A DNA stretch of 64,000 nt from Callorhinchus milii (taxonomy: Eukaryota), in assembly GCF_018977255.1 (NCBI RefSeq), contig NW_024704743.1, positions 5,396,001-5,460,000 of the forward strand. The letters run 5' to 3'. The position numbers and the translations under genes are program-made. Position 1 is the first letter of the stretch. Every line of letters starts with the position of its first letter. The notes below the pieces were generated by a model. That model had not been told where the DNA came from, ran no database searches, and worked only from the letters and a program-made list of their open reading frames with translations. Positions 11,645 to 25,087 of the stretch are shown here, piece by piece.

Positions 11645-13032
11645 CTGAAAAAAAATGAATGGGTAATCGTGAAAAAAATTGTGCACGAATAATGCTTGAT
11701 TTTAATATTTAGAACAAATTCTGGCTGACAATTCAGCAGACAGTGAACAATGAAAAACTAGCAGCTATCACAAGATGTTAATGTTACCAGGAACTCAGAC
11801 ACCATATGTCATTCAGATTCAAGTTTAAATTACAGCTGCTATAATGTATGCTTGTGTAATCTTGATGTTAAAAGTGCGTGGGTGTGCATGTGAGTATATA
11901 CACACCAGGAAGCATTATTGTGGACTTGGTTCTGTGTATAATAATAATAATGATCCTTGCATTTGATATAGTGCCTTATCACGTCTTCTAGTCGTCTGAA
12001 AGTGCTTCACAGAATATACTGTAAAGTGATTTGACTGTATATTTTGCAGCCAATTGCACACAGCAGTGTCCCACAAACAGTCGGTTTTATTTTCTAAGGA
12101 ATTATTACCCCTGGAAAAGCGATCAACTAACAACCGGGCTCCCACTTACTGCTAGGTAAGAGGTGTGTGGAGTAAGGAAACTTGCCCAACATTTCACCCT
12201 GCCAGGAATCAAACCCAGGTCTCTCGCTTGGCCCAGTTTTCTCCTCATATCCAACCCTTCTTGAAATACAGTATGTAAGGATACAGTACCATCAATACAG
12301 AACAAATGGCTGTAGATTGTAGGAACCCTTCTCTATGCTGGTCTGGGGAGGGGGAGAATGTCCCACTCTTTAGCCAGTGGTCCCAGCTGGAAGGTGTATG
12401 TGTGGACATGATCAGATTAGATGTGATGCCCAATCTCTTCCTCCTCCCCCTCCCCAAACAAGTTTGACAACAAAAACATTACAGCTCGTACGTGAAGAAT
12501 GGCCACTGGACGAGGTATTGGGTGACACATGGCAAGCGAGAAAACATACAACAATCTTACAATCCTTACACTTGATATAGCGCCTTTCATGTCAGGAGGA
12601 CATCTCAAAGCGTTTCACAACATAATAATATAATACTAATAATCCTTGGATATAGCGCCTTATCACGTCTTCGAGACGTCTCAAAGTGCTTCACAGAATA
12701 TACTGTAAAGCACTGAGACTATTATTTTGTAGGCTAAAGAGACAGCCAAATTGTGCAAAGCAATTTCCAACAGACAGCCATGAAGTGAATGACCACATTT
12801 ATTGGGGGGAATTGTCAGCCAGAACACCAGGAGAAATTCCCTTTGCAGGAAATACATCAACAAACCACCAGCAAAGAGACAGCATCTCCAGGTGATAACA
12901 GGGAAGACACTGGCACAAAACACCCAGAACACTTGTAAAGTGATGAGGCGCTGTATCAAATGCAAGGATTAAAGTGAAACAAAAACATCAGATTTTACTG
13001 ACGCTCGAGTTACTGGAATGCCTGAAACTTAC

Positions 13033-13153
13033 TTTTGGAATGGGGAAGCGGAGCTGAGCCAACTGCACCTCATCTACCAGCGGCACGGTGATCCGATTCG
13101 GTAGCACCAGATAGTTGGAGATGATGTCAAGGATGATTGTATTGGACATGCCA
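13033..13153 (-). CDS. ESYT2: ESYT2 coding exon, 121 nt (GMSNTIILDIISNYLVLPNRITVPLVDEVQLAQLRFPIPK), end of SMP domain
   Basis: cag|T GGC...AAA|gtaagt, phase 2-0. Confidence 0.97.
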
Positions 13154-14287
13154 CTGAGGGGAAAGGAGCACAGCAATGGAATTAGCCTCCTACTCAGAGA
13201 TGAAATGTGAAATTCAACTCCATATCATAAATTGCACTTAATAGTTCACATAAAAGAACATTTCAAAGCACTTGACAGATGTTGCGGTAGATACTATAGG
13301 GCAAATCATACTATACACAATCTTACCACTGTGCCACTTACCACTATATCTTACTACAATTAGCAGGTACAATCACTAATAAGTATTCGGTCAATGCAGT
13401 TAATGCAGTTAAGTTCTTTCTGATTTTTGACTCGGTTCTTTGACTTAGTATCCAATAAGTGGCATACATTATTGAACAAGAGGAATTTTTCTTTTAGACT
13501 GGTTTAGTTTATTGAGGAAATACACATCATTCATACATCTATTTACACCTAATTGGAGTTTGATAGACAAATGAATGCAGGTTAGCTGTTAATTTATGAT
13601 GCTCATCCCACACTCAAATTCCAACTACTTCAGGCATTCAGACCTTTACAGTATTTACAGGACAGTGTACTGACAGGAATTGACACAGAGAGAAACAAAG
13701 CTCCCAGCATGAGAGAGGTGAACTGTAAGTGGGAACAATATGATTTTAAAAAGGAATGGGGATCTGAGGGAGCAATGTACTCCCAAGGACCCCCCACCTC
13801 AGAAACATCATGCAAGATAATAATAATAATCCTTGCATTTGATATAGTGCCTTATCACGTAGTCATGACATCTCAAAGTGCTTCACAGAATATACTGTAA
13901 AGTGGATTTGACTGTATTTGGGGGCAAAATGCAACAGGCAATAGCGCACAGAAATGTCCCACAAACAACCATGGAGTGAGTGACCAATTTTATTTGGGGG
14001 ATTCTTGGCCAGGACACCCGGAGAAACTCCCTTCTCTTTTCGAATAGTGCCGTGGGAATTTTAATGTCCACCTGAACAGGCAGACTTTGTTTGATATTAC
14101 AACTATATTATATTGGTTTGATATTGGTCTGATATGTTTTGTGAGTCAATTCACAGTCAATTCACTTTACGGTATATTCTGTGAAGTGCTTTGAGACGTC
14201 TCAAAGATGTGATGAGGCGCTATATCAAATGCCAGGATTATTATTACAAACCTAAAATCATTGTTTTGAAGCATTTCTCATCTTTTT

Positions 14288-14303
14288 CCACCAGAGGGCA
14301 GCA
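14288..14303 (+). promoter_or_regulatory. CTCF core motif
   Basis: CCACCAGAGGGCAGCA fits the CCASYAGRKGGCRS consensus; lies between repeats. Confidence 0.5.
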
Positions 14304-14774
14304 GTGACAAATTTTCACTTTCTTTATAAAAAATATTGACTTGATTCATTAAGCACCAGAAATACTTAATGGTTTATTGACAGACTGGAGTCTGTCAAAT
14401 GGAGTCTACCTTGTCTGCTCCCAGAAGATTTACTGTAAAGTGAAGCAACTGTGCAGGCGAATGTGGCAGCCAATTTGCGCACAGTATGTCCCTCAAACAG
14501 TCACGACAATTTCACCTGGAGGATTAGTTAGCCAGTTTACCGGGAGAAACTTTTTTTGAATAGTGTTATGTTTATTGTCCACCTGAGCAGGTAGTTAAGT
14601 TTAATGTTTCATCTGAAAGATGGCACGTCTCATAATGTAGCACTCTTCCAGCATTATCGGAGTCAAGTCGACATGGGGTTGAACCCACAACCTTCTGAAT
14701 CAAAGGTGAGAGCAACTGAGCCAGACTGATACCTAGGATTATGGTGGGGTTCCATGACCTCACTCCATCACTAG

Positions 14775-15010
14775 GTAGGGTTGGGCAAGAAAATAGAGGC
14801 ATTTAAAATTGAGGAAGAGAATCTTGAATTTGATCGGCTGTGCAACCGGAAACCAGTGGAGACGGGCAAGTCTGGTGCTGGAAAGGACCTGGGCTGCAGA
14901 ATTCTGGATGGTCTGCAGATTGTAGGGAAAAGCTGGGGAGAGCAGCGAGCAGGGCATTCGAGTAATTAAGTCTGGAAGTGATGAAGGCGTAGATGAGGGT
15001 GGAACCACAC
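14775..15010 (-). mobile_element. L2-clade LINE RT fragment
   Basis: STLIYAFITSRLNYSNALL, LHWFPV...IKFKIL. Confidence 0.8.
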
Positions 15011-16669
15011 AAATAACTTTTAAGGATTTTTTAAATGTTATTCAGGAGCCAGACGTGTGCCTCAACTTAGCTCAGTGGTAGCACTTATGGCTCTGGGTAT
15101 ATGAGGTTCACTCCTCATGTTGGGGCTTGAGCTCACAGTTTAAGCAGACACTCCAGTACATTATCAGAGCATCTGCCCCCCGGATGGATGCTACAGATCC
15201 CTTAACATGAGAGAAAGGCGTTTTGAAATATTAGTCTAGACTGTGACCCTAAAGTCCTAATGTGCTGCTACCAACTGAGCCACGCTGACTCCTGCAAGCT
15301 TGGTAATACCAGGACAGTTCAATACTGATTTCAAGATCCTCACCTATAAATTCCTTCATGCTCTTGCACCTCCCAATTTCCCCGATCTCCTCCAATTCTG
15401 TTTGCAGCCTCCGCTCAGCTAACTCTGATTTGCTCAGTGCTCTGAGACCCTACCCTGAGTGAAGGGCCATATACAAATGCATCTTACTGAGTGTCCCCTG
15501 CACTACCTACTTTTGGAGGCTGAGCATTCTGATTCTAAGCTCCTAAACTCTGGAACTCCCTCCACACATCTCTATTGGTTTCTTCAACTGCACCTGTAGT
15601 CACCATCCCTTCACCCTCCAACTTGGTGTACATCCCCACCCCTGTAGAAATACTCTTGAGATGTTATTCAACGTGAAGCAAGTTGTTGCTGCTGTTTTCA
15701 CACCACTGACTTGCATCAATCCTCCCCAGAGACCAGGGACTAAAACAACCAGAACAAAACACATTTCTTTGAAGTGGTTTCTGCAGACTCTGAGAAATTT
15801 CCGGCAATACAATTAACTTACACTTATATAGTGTACAAGAAACATCTCAAAGCCCTTCACTGAATGAGATTAGTTAGTATGAAATAAATGTTATGCAAAG
15901 CAGCAGCTAATTTATGCCACAAATGTCCTACATTTCCATCCTAGAAACTGAAAAAGAACCGCAAGTTAACCGAAGTTACACTTAGAATTCTCGTAAAATA
16001 TTAATAATCCTTGCATTTGTTACAGTACCTTATCACGCTGATGATACGTCTCAAAATGCTTCACAGAATATACTGTAAAGGAGATTGCCTGTGCATTTTG
16101 TGAGCGAAACGTAAAAGCAGCTCTGTTAGATCATAGGAGTGTAATATAACTCAATCCAAGTCACAGGCGTGTTAGCAGCTTCTTTATTTTGTCTTTCCCA
16201 ACTCTCAATAAAGCAACACCCTTATCACTACTAACCAATCTACATTACACACCCTTTGTCCCACTCCCAGTGTCCTTTTACACTTCCTCTCATTGGCACC
16301 TTGTCAATTGCCTAATTAATCTTAATTGAGTATTCAACAGGAGGACGGCTGATAAAAGGTGGGTACTTCCATATAGGAAGGAAATTATTGAACACACTTA
16401 CTATGGCTAGTGAATTTCCTTGTCATCAGCTCACAGGCTTGCCAGCCTCGTGGCTTGACTGAGGAGCAAGAGTTGTCAAACATTTTTTTTAAAAATGAAG
16501 CTAAACATGAAAAGACACATTTTACCTAGAGGAGGGGAGTGTTCTTCAAAACAGCAAATTCCTTTGCACATTGCCGAGTATACATTGCAGTAACCCGTGT
16601 TGTGGTTTTAACCTCTCAAAGGACGCTGCAGCACAGAAACAGGCCCTTAGGTCCATCAAGTTGTGTGTT

Positions 16670-17040
16670 CAGCCTGGCTGAATTGGTCTGAGTCAGAAGA
16701 CTGTGGGTTCAAGCCCCACGTTGGGACTTGAACTCACATAATCTAAGATAACCCTCCAATGCAGTAATAGGGGTGTAGCCTTGTTGGAGGTGCCGACCTC
16801 GGGAAGAAATGTTGAATCAAGGCCCCATCTCCTTGTTCAGCAGATGTTAAAGATCCCAGAGCACTATTTGAAAAGAGAAGGGAGCTTCTCCTCGTGTCTT
16901 GGCTAACAATCCCTCAAATAATATTGGTCATTTGTTTCATGGCTATTTAAAGGACATTGCTGTGTGAAAACTGGACTGCGTTGTGCACAGAAGTCACTCT
17001 TCTTCACAGTAAATCCTGTGAAATGCTTTGAGATGTCTTT
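16670..17040 (+). mobile_element. Deu-domain SINE copy
   Basis: Aligns by eye with 35442-35855. Confidence 0.78.
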
Positions 17041-18149
17041 ATCAATCTCTTCTCCTTCCCCCCAAAGGGCTTACATGTTGAAGAATAGATGTATTTTGAA
17101 ACGCAGAGTATTGGAATCAAAGTTTTATTACAAAGTTATAGGTGTACAATTGTAAGGGAAAGATTCAGGATTCTGACTGTTCCTCTTCCATGATTGCTGG
17201 AAACTCTCCTTTTTTATATACTATTTTTGTTCACTACAGAACCCTGAAAACAGAATGATCTCATTCCTAATCTAGCGGTCCTCTAAAATCATTGGTACCA
17301 AGACACCAACTGACGAGCATTTCGACTATCCATCAAATGTTATCAATGCCTGGACACCAAGCTAATGAGCATTTTGATGATCTATCAATGTTATCTTTAT
17401 CTTTCCTCTTACTAACTAGCACACATTCCTCTGGTCAGCCTTGCTGTCCAAGATTACATATTGCAGCTGGTCAGTAATTAGTATGGCCTTCTCTCTGTAC
17501 ATTACTGTGGTTAACTGTTGTGGTGCTGACACATCTGACAGTCCTCCCATTGTGAAAGCCACTGTATGAAATGCAAGGATTACTATTATTATTATTATAA
17601 ATCTGCGCTAATGTTTTCTCCAAATGAGCCACATGATCTAAACTCACTCTCCTGCTCTCACCCTATACTCTTTAATATTCTTTTTGAATGGCACTCGGCA
17701 TCGTGCTACGCCACTGTCAAGTGCTCTGGGATGCTACCCTGTGTGAGGGGTGCTATATAAATGCAAGTTGGTGTTGTTTCCTCTCTAATTCCCTTTTAAA
17801 AGAATGTATGGACTTTGCTTTCTGGCCTGAGGTTTGAGCCTTTTACACGAATGAACATAAGTATTGTATCTCAACCTTCATGGGCTGGAAACATTCTATA
17901 CAATATATATCCCAAGCATACGGACACAGGGCTAGAATTTAACACAACACAAGAGAAAACAGGACATTTAGCAAGAAACCAGTGACAGATGCCAAGTGAC
18001 CGCTCCGCTGATCACATTCCAAAGTCCTGCCATTCAAGGCTTTGTAATTGCAAATCGACAGCTTTGTCTACAAGATTTATCCAAACTCCCTCAGATGCTG
18101 TGTGAAGCAAATGCCATTTTGCTGCCTAGACTGTTGGCATGTTTCCTGA

Positions 18150-19200
18150 TTGCCCCGAAACATTATTGGTTGCCCCGAAACTCTGGAACACTCTACCTCT
18201 ACCCCTCCGCCTTGTCTCTTCCTCTATCCCTCCACCTTGTCTCTTTCTTCCCCATCTTCAGATTAAACCTGAAGACCTTCCTATTCGACCTAAGGTCACC
18301 TTCCCCTCCACCCGATTCGGCATCATGCTCCGCCACTGTCAAGTGCTCTGGGATACTATCCTGTGTGAGGGGCGTTATATAAATGCAAGTTGTTGTTGTT
18401 TCCTTTGCTGTGGGTATGTGGCTTATCAGCTCCACTGTGACACATAGCGCCCTTTGTGTAGGGCAACATCTCAGACTGTTTACAGGGGAGAGGTGGCCAT
18501 AGGTGCGTTTGAAGAGGTAGGATTTAAGGTAAGGCAAGAGAGGGGCTGAGACAGACTGGGAAGGACAGAGGGAAACAGTTCTAGAGGTTAGGGGCATAGA
18601 AACTGAAGGTTCAGCTTTCGATGGCAGTTCATAGGGAATGGGGGGAACATGCAGCAAGCCCAAGTTAGCTGAGAAGAAGGGGCGAGTGGAGGAGTAGGGT
18701 AGGAGAAGACCGGACAGATAAGGAGATGCCAGGGAGTGGACAGTTTTCTAGATGAGGGTGAGGACCTTGAAATCAAGCAACTTGGGTCAGAGGGAATATT
18801 AGAATTACACAAAGCATACACACAGATGTCATTTCTTTACATTAAATTTCAACTGCTATCGATCTGCCCAATTCCCAATTGAAGGGATTATTACCTTTCA
18901 TGTCAGGAGGACATCCAAAGGAGCTGGACAATCAAGGTTTTGCACCTGAGCTGGGAGTTCGAGTCAACAGGGGTGAAGGGCAAGGGGGTGGAGATGGGAG
19001 GATGATCCAAGGTACAGTCAAAGAAGAATGTCTTGAGATGGACTTTGTAGGAGGCAAGGGAGGGGGCGAGATGGAGCTCCATAGGTTGGTGCAGAAAGGC
19101 TGAAGGCCCAACTGCCGATAGTTGAGCAGTCAGGGTGGGGGCACGTGGAGCAGGACAGTGGCCGCTGGGCTGAGGGAGTGGACAGGTTGGCAATATATAG
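18150..19200. mobile_element. Cluster of L2 3' fragments in both orientations
   Basis: APKLWNTLP (+), YLKSYLF (-), YKVHLKTFFF (-) with L2 tails. Confidence 0.75.
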
Positions 19201-22200
19201 TAGGTAATATTTTAGTAGGTTGCAGAGATAGGGACGTCTCAAAGTGCTCGATTCAGTCGGCTGGGCACCCAAGCTGGGGTGGGATGCCCAGCTGGGGTGG
19301 GGTGGGATGGGGAGGGGAAAAGATGACCGTAAGTGCTATCAAAGAATTAGTTCTTGACATGTATTGAAAAAAGGAAAGGAAGGAAGCAAGCGAGTCTAAG
19401 GGACTCTGGATTGCAGATCCAGGGAGTGGGGGCAAAATGGCTTTGGTAGGGCAGACTGGGTGGGGGAATGAAGCAAGCTGCGGTTTGTTGGGCAAAGGGA
19501 ACGGCTGGATCGGGAGCTTGCAGAGGTAGGGTAGGGTTTGGGTGCAACGATCACAGAGGAGTCTCTCATTGCGGAAGGAGGAAGCTTTGCTCTGAGGAGA
19601 CTACTTCTCTCCATAGCCTGGGGTTGGGCTTGCTCAGACATGTGCTGCATGTGATCAGCGATCAAGTGCCTCGTCCCAAGCCCGACAAGCGTGAGAGGAA
19701 GGGCCCGAAAACCCACCCTGGTTCCCACTATTTAGCAAGTGGACGATCTTGCGAGATCAGGGGAGTTGGTGATTCCATTTGAAATGACAGGTAGCTCACT
19801 ATTTGGCAATCAGTCAACTGCAATGGGAGGGGCGTCTTTTGGCAAGATCAAGAGGAAGGAGTGTATTGCAGAGGAAGCAGTGAGGCTCACTATTTGGAGT
19901 GGCAGGAACAGGGTTGGGAGGATGCAGTTGGTAAGGAGATCCGCTTGCATTCCCCTTAACTCGAGAGGGACTGCAGGAATGGGCAGCATCATTTCCACTG
20001 CCCACATTGCGCTGCTCTAATGAAAGGATGGTTTGCCAGGGAGGAAGCGAGTGGGCAGTCGAAGTAGGAAATGGTTCACTGGCTGTATGAAATCATTCTC
20101 CGGACCGGATGTGGCCCATGGGCCATCAGTTGGACTACCCTGGTCAAGACTAGGTGAGTTTTAAATCTTAACATGGAGCTTGAACCCCCAACCTTATGAC
20201 TCAGGGGAGAGACTGCTTCCAACTGAGCCAGGTTGACACACCAGCCTGAGATCTGACTAGGCCATTCACACAGGAAGTACACTTTGGAAGTTAATACATT
20301 CTCACTAATGTGGTTAACTGTTTGCCAGTTGTTCTTGCAGTCTTTTTTCCACTTCAAATTATATAATTATACAAACCCAGTCGTGAGGTCAGCCTGCTAA
20401 TGTGGTTACAATTCTTCAGTCTGTTTGCTGACCTTATTAGTGAGATTCCAATCAGTTGAGTGAGGTATGAAGACTTTGTGGGTTTAAAGACATTACGTTG
20501 TCTTATAGAAAGGCCTGGTATAATGCAACTGGAGCTGCTAATACATTCTGCAGTTCCACCATCAGTCTTCTAAAGAGGCAGCCAATTTGACCACAGTTAT
20601 TCATAAGAACAAATACTCTTTACTTATTGTTTACACGTATCTACCAGAAAAAAAGTTCAAAGGAGCTGTGCCGTCATGTACTTTCGTGATATCTCAGTCA
20701 GCAGAAAGGTTCAATCTATTTGCTCTTATCCTTCAAAAATATCAACCTTATCATTATTTAGTCATCCATCCTCTCCCCACCAACTTCAACCACACCTGCC
20801 CCACCCAGAAAGGAGTGTTAAGCTCTTTGAAACGTGTCCTAATGATGATATGGTGCCTTAGCATGTCTTTGAGAAGTCTCAAAGCACTTCACAGAATGTG
20901 CTGTAAATTGAATTTATGTACATTTTGTGGGCGAAAAGCTGCAGGCAATTGCACTGTCCCACAAACAGTTTTGATGTGAAACAGATTGATGTGAAAGGCA
21001 TTAAACAAATTCTACTGATTTGTATTATAGCATCGCAAGGTTTCTAAACAGGATGCAATGTCCTTGCCACTACCGCTCTCTACACGTAAAGATGGGTTTC
21101 CATGGTTGCCATCCATCTATGAAGATGTAACTAGGGTAACAAAATATATTCTGTGATAAATGTTGAATGCTTAATTTTTTAAAGAAACTGTAACTGTAAC
21201 CTCGAGGGAGGTTTGCCAGTATAGATGGGAGGAAACTGCACAAACAATTCAATACTTACCCTGAGGTAAACACAGGAAACATTAAACTATGCTGCCTGGG
21301 TCAACAATAAGACAGCCGCGAGCTCGCATACTACTACTACTACCGCCATAATAATTCATACTGACAATTTGTATACAGTCCATGTCGCGATCTGGACGTT
21401 GTTTATTTGCAAAACAAAAATATTTGAAGAAAACTATTTTTCTATTTCAAAACAAAATTAAATATATGTTTGTGGAATGTTTGGGCTCCAGAATGATCTT
21501 TCCTCATGTGGCTTCAGTGCAGGGTAGAATCCATGCCTGATGCAGAAGCTGTCAAGAACAGCTTAAACTACTCCCCTGTCACACCTCAGCCTGTTTGCCC
21601 CGACGTGTGATAAAGATAAACCTTTATATGGAGATTAATACACAGTACAGCTTTAATAAATGTTCAGTGCCAAGAATGGGAATGAGATTGTGCTCATAAT
21701 GCTTGAGAAATAAAGATAACAAAGCACTTTGAGTACAAGGCTTGGCTTGACCTAAGTAATAATAATAATATATAATAATAATGGCTTGTCCTAAGTAAGG
21801 GCCTTTTCATTAGTTGTGTGATAAAAGGGTGCAAGAAATTTATACAGAGGTCAGTACTTATCATCAAAAGTACAACATAAAGTTCTGGTCAACAATCCTC
21901 CAGATAAAAAATGGCCATTTTTTGCTGTTTGTGGGTTCACTGCTGTGCGCAAATTGACTGTTGAATTTGCCTACAAAATATAGTCACCATATTTAAATAA
22001 AAAATAATAAATTGGTCACTTCAATCCACGACTGTCTGTGGGACACTGCTGTGCGCAATTGGCTGCTGCGTTTCGCCCACAAAATATGCAGTCAATTTAC
22101 TTTACAGTATATTTTGTGAAGTGCTTTGAGGCGTTTCGAAGATTTGATAAGGCGCTATATCAAATGCAAGGATTATTATTATTATATTTTAAGTAAATCC

Positions 22201-22269
22201 TGTGTAGCACTTTGAGAAGCTCCCGCAACATGAAAGACTATCAAATTCAAGGTTTATTTTTTTGAACCC

Positions 22270-22590
22270 ACTGTGTATTCAGTAAGTTTTATCTGCACTG
22301 TTTTCACCCATTCCTTACTCCCTCCCATATCCTTCTATTCCCCCAAATGTCCAGGTTTCTCTTGAATGCATCTCCACTATCTGATTCAACTGATCACCTC
22401 AGGCAGAGAGTGCCACAATCTCACTACCCTCTGCATGAAATAGTTCTCCTAAATTCTCTTTTAGATCACCAAGTCACAATCTTATATTTGGTCCCGATTA
22501 CAGACTCCACAACCAATGCAAACAGTCCATTTATGCTAACCTTATCGAACCCCTTCATAATTTTAAACACTTCTTTTGGGTCCCCCTTAA
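22270..22590 (-). mobile_element. CR1 3' fragment
   Basis: Reverse-complement CR1 RT C-terminus (agagggtagtgagattgtgg...ctgcctgagg). Confidence 0.65.
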
Positions 22591-23789
22591 AAGTCGCTCC
22601 ATTTTATAGTATGTTATAGTATAGAATCCACCACACATTATATAGTACATTATATAGTGTAGTCCGTAGTCCAGTGGTTAGAGCACTCGCCTTGCAAGCG
22701 AGACACCTGGATTCAATTTCAGGCAGGGCAAAACCTTGGGCAAGTTTCCTTACTCTACACGCCTGATAATAAATCATAATTTAAAAAAATCATAATTTCT
22801 TTAAGACATTGTAGACATCGTATTAGACATTGCAATAGTATCACCACGTTTTGGTCACCCTGTACAAACATGCCCATCCCACATTACTTTGCCTGTTTAA
22901 TGTGCAGTCAGTTCGGTGCTTTAAATTGCTTTTATCATAAATCATTCCATTTATCATAAATAAACCACCAGCTCCATACAAGCACATTATCCTTTTAAGT
23001 GAACTGCTTCCAACCATTTTCTGCAGAAAATATACATAGAGAAGAGCTAAAGATCAGCCAATTTGTTAAAGGTGACTATTTTAATGCAACTGAGATCAGC
23101 TGCAACATGCAGTTATATTGTGGTTATGTCAATACCCTCGATTTTTACTGTTTCTGCAGATCACAGGCCAGAGCTCAGTGACAAACTTAAAGGTTGGCTC
23201 TCAGCAACAACCACCAAATCAACACACTCCTGATCGATATCTCTGCTGTGAAATGCTAAATACTGTCAATGGCGCCAGACAGAATTGACTTTAAATTCCT
23301 GGCTGACTTCTATAGCTGGTAACCGTGTATTGGGAAGTTTCTGCTTTGTAGGCTGCAAAGTCTTAATAGATCTTGAATTCAAAACAGTATCCACTGTGTC
23401 GCTCTTTGTCAAAGGAAATAGCTGGATTTGTTTTATTTCGAGTGGCAATGGGTGAAAGCATCTCTGACTGCACTGTGTACAAGAAGCTTGAGAACTCTGC
23501 ACTCAAGAGAGCCTGTTCTCATAGATACAGGCTGATGTCTGCCATTTCCTACCCAATGAGTCCTCAATTTCAGCCAGGCTGACAAAGGCAATAACCAGAG
23601 ATTTAACAACCCAAATTCAATTCCAAATATAGGCCACAAATGGAAGAAAGCTCCAGGTTACTAAATATTTGCTTTAGAGGGATTTTGGGGAAACTAGTAA
23701 TGTTCCTCATCCTTAAAAAAGGCATTTTTCTCAAAACATCATGAATTGTGAACTCAAAAGTCATCTTTACTGCACAAATTTGGTTCGCA

Positions 23790-24020
23790 ATTCACGAGCT
23801 ATGAAGTGGGTGGTGGGAGTGTGCAATTCACTCTCCCAGAAGGCAGTGTTGACAGTGTATATTGAAGAATTTAAAATGTGATGTTTGATAGACAGGAATA
23901 TCAGTGGATATGGCGGGAGGGCCGGGAGGTAGAATTGAATTGTAGATCGGCCATGATCTTTGAAAGTGGTGGGACAGGCTCGATGGACCATATAGTCTAC
24001 TTCTGTTCCTATGTTCCTAA
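23790..24020 (+). mobile_element. CR1-clade LINE 3' end
   Basis: C-terminal RT remnant, gatcggccatgat...caggctcgatggacc 3' UTR and ctatgttcct tail. Confidence 0.75.
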
Positions 24021-24414
24021 ATGAGATCGTCAATCCCCACAGCATACTCTTCAGGCCTCCTTGCTCTTACATCAAACTGTTACGTTCTCAACAAACAATG
24101 TGTAGAACACCCTTTTAGTTTAGGTCTCCAATTACACAATCCAACAATCACACCAAGCACCCTCCCTTAGTATCCAACACAAACAGGAACCATCGATTCT
24201 TAGGCCAGGTGGAATTCCTTTGCTATCGAAAGTTAAAATTAGTTTCCCAGCCTGTGATCCTGCTCCTTGGTGAGCAAAACAATGTACTAAAAATATAAGA
24301 CAAATGTGCGCTGCACAGAGGGAATTGCCAGTCGTAAAATCCCTACAAGGTAATCATTAAAGTGTCAATATCCTTTAGGAAGAGTTACGATTGGTGACCA
24401 GTTGGATAAATTCT

Positions 24415-24786
24415 GTGGAATCTTGTAGCTCAGTGGTTAGAGCACTTGACTCGCAAGCGAGAGACCTGGGTTCGATTCCCGGCAGGGCAAAACGTATGGC
24501 AAGTTTCCTTACTCCACACGCCTGTTTACCTAGCAGTAAGTAGGAACCCGGTTGTTAGTCGATTGGCGGATCGCTTTTCTGGGGATAATAATTCTTTCAA
24601 TAATAATAATAATAAATTGGTCATTCAATCCACGACTGTTTGTGGGACACTGCTGTGTGCAATTGGCTGCTGCGTTTCGCCCACAAATATACAGTTAATT
24701 CACTTTACAGTACATTCAGTGAAACACTTTGAGACGTCTTGAAGGCATGATAAGGCGCTATATCAAATGCAAGGATTATTGTTATT
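24415..24786 (+). mobile_element. Full-length tRNA-derived SINE, long subfamily
   Basis: tRNA head with A box TAGCTCAGTGG and B box GTTCGATTC, central segment, gtgggacactgctgtgtgcaattggctg body, L2-like tail and (ATT)n. Related copies near 11938-12230(-), 27533-27922(-), 40784-41083(+), 55668-56000(+), 62068-62422(+). Confidence 0.9.
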
Positions 24787-25031
24787 TTGACTCCATTTTC
24801 ATTGCCCAAAGTACCTGCAGTATCTTTCTTAACCTGCATTCACATGGTATCAAACAGGTCCCTTGGCTGTTCCACCCACCACTGGGTCAAATCAGTGACC
24901 CCACATTAGTTTAAGCTAGTATTTGCTCCACTTTCTACACTAATCTGGCTTTCTCGGGCTCATACATACCACTAACTGATAGAGCAATATTAGCCTTTGT
25001 GAAAACAATACTGAAAGGATTTGCCACTTAC

Positions 25032-25087
25032 TTCAGCCCAGGGATGTCAAGGAGATTGGTTAGTCCAGTCCAGTTAATTTCAAGTAG
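25032..25087 (-). CDS. ESYT2: ESYT2 coding exon, 56 nt (LLEINWTGLTNLLDIPGL+N), SMP domain
   Basis: cag|CTA...AA|gtaagt, phase 0-2; follows a 25.2-kb intron (25088-50324). Confidence 0.96.

Noticed and set aside
17696..18403. ~85-bp direct repeat (about 17696-17781 and 18317-18403)
   Set aside because: Both are 3' ends of the same L2 family (a third is near 9703-9787); not LTRs
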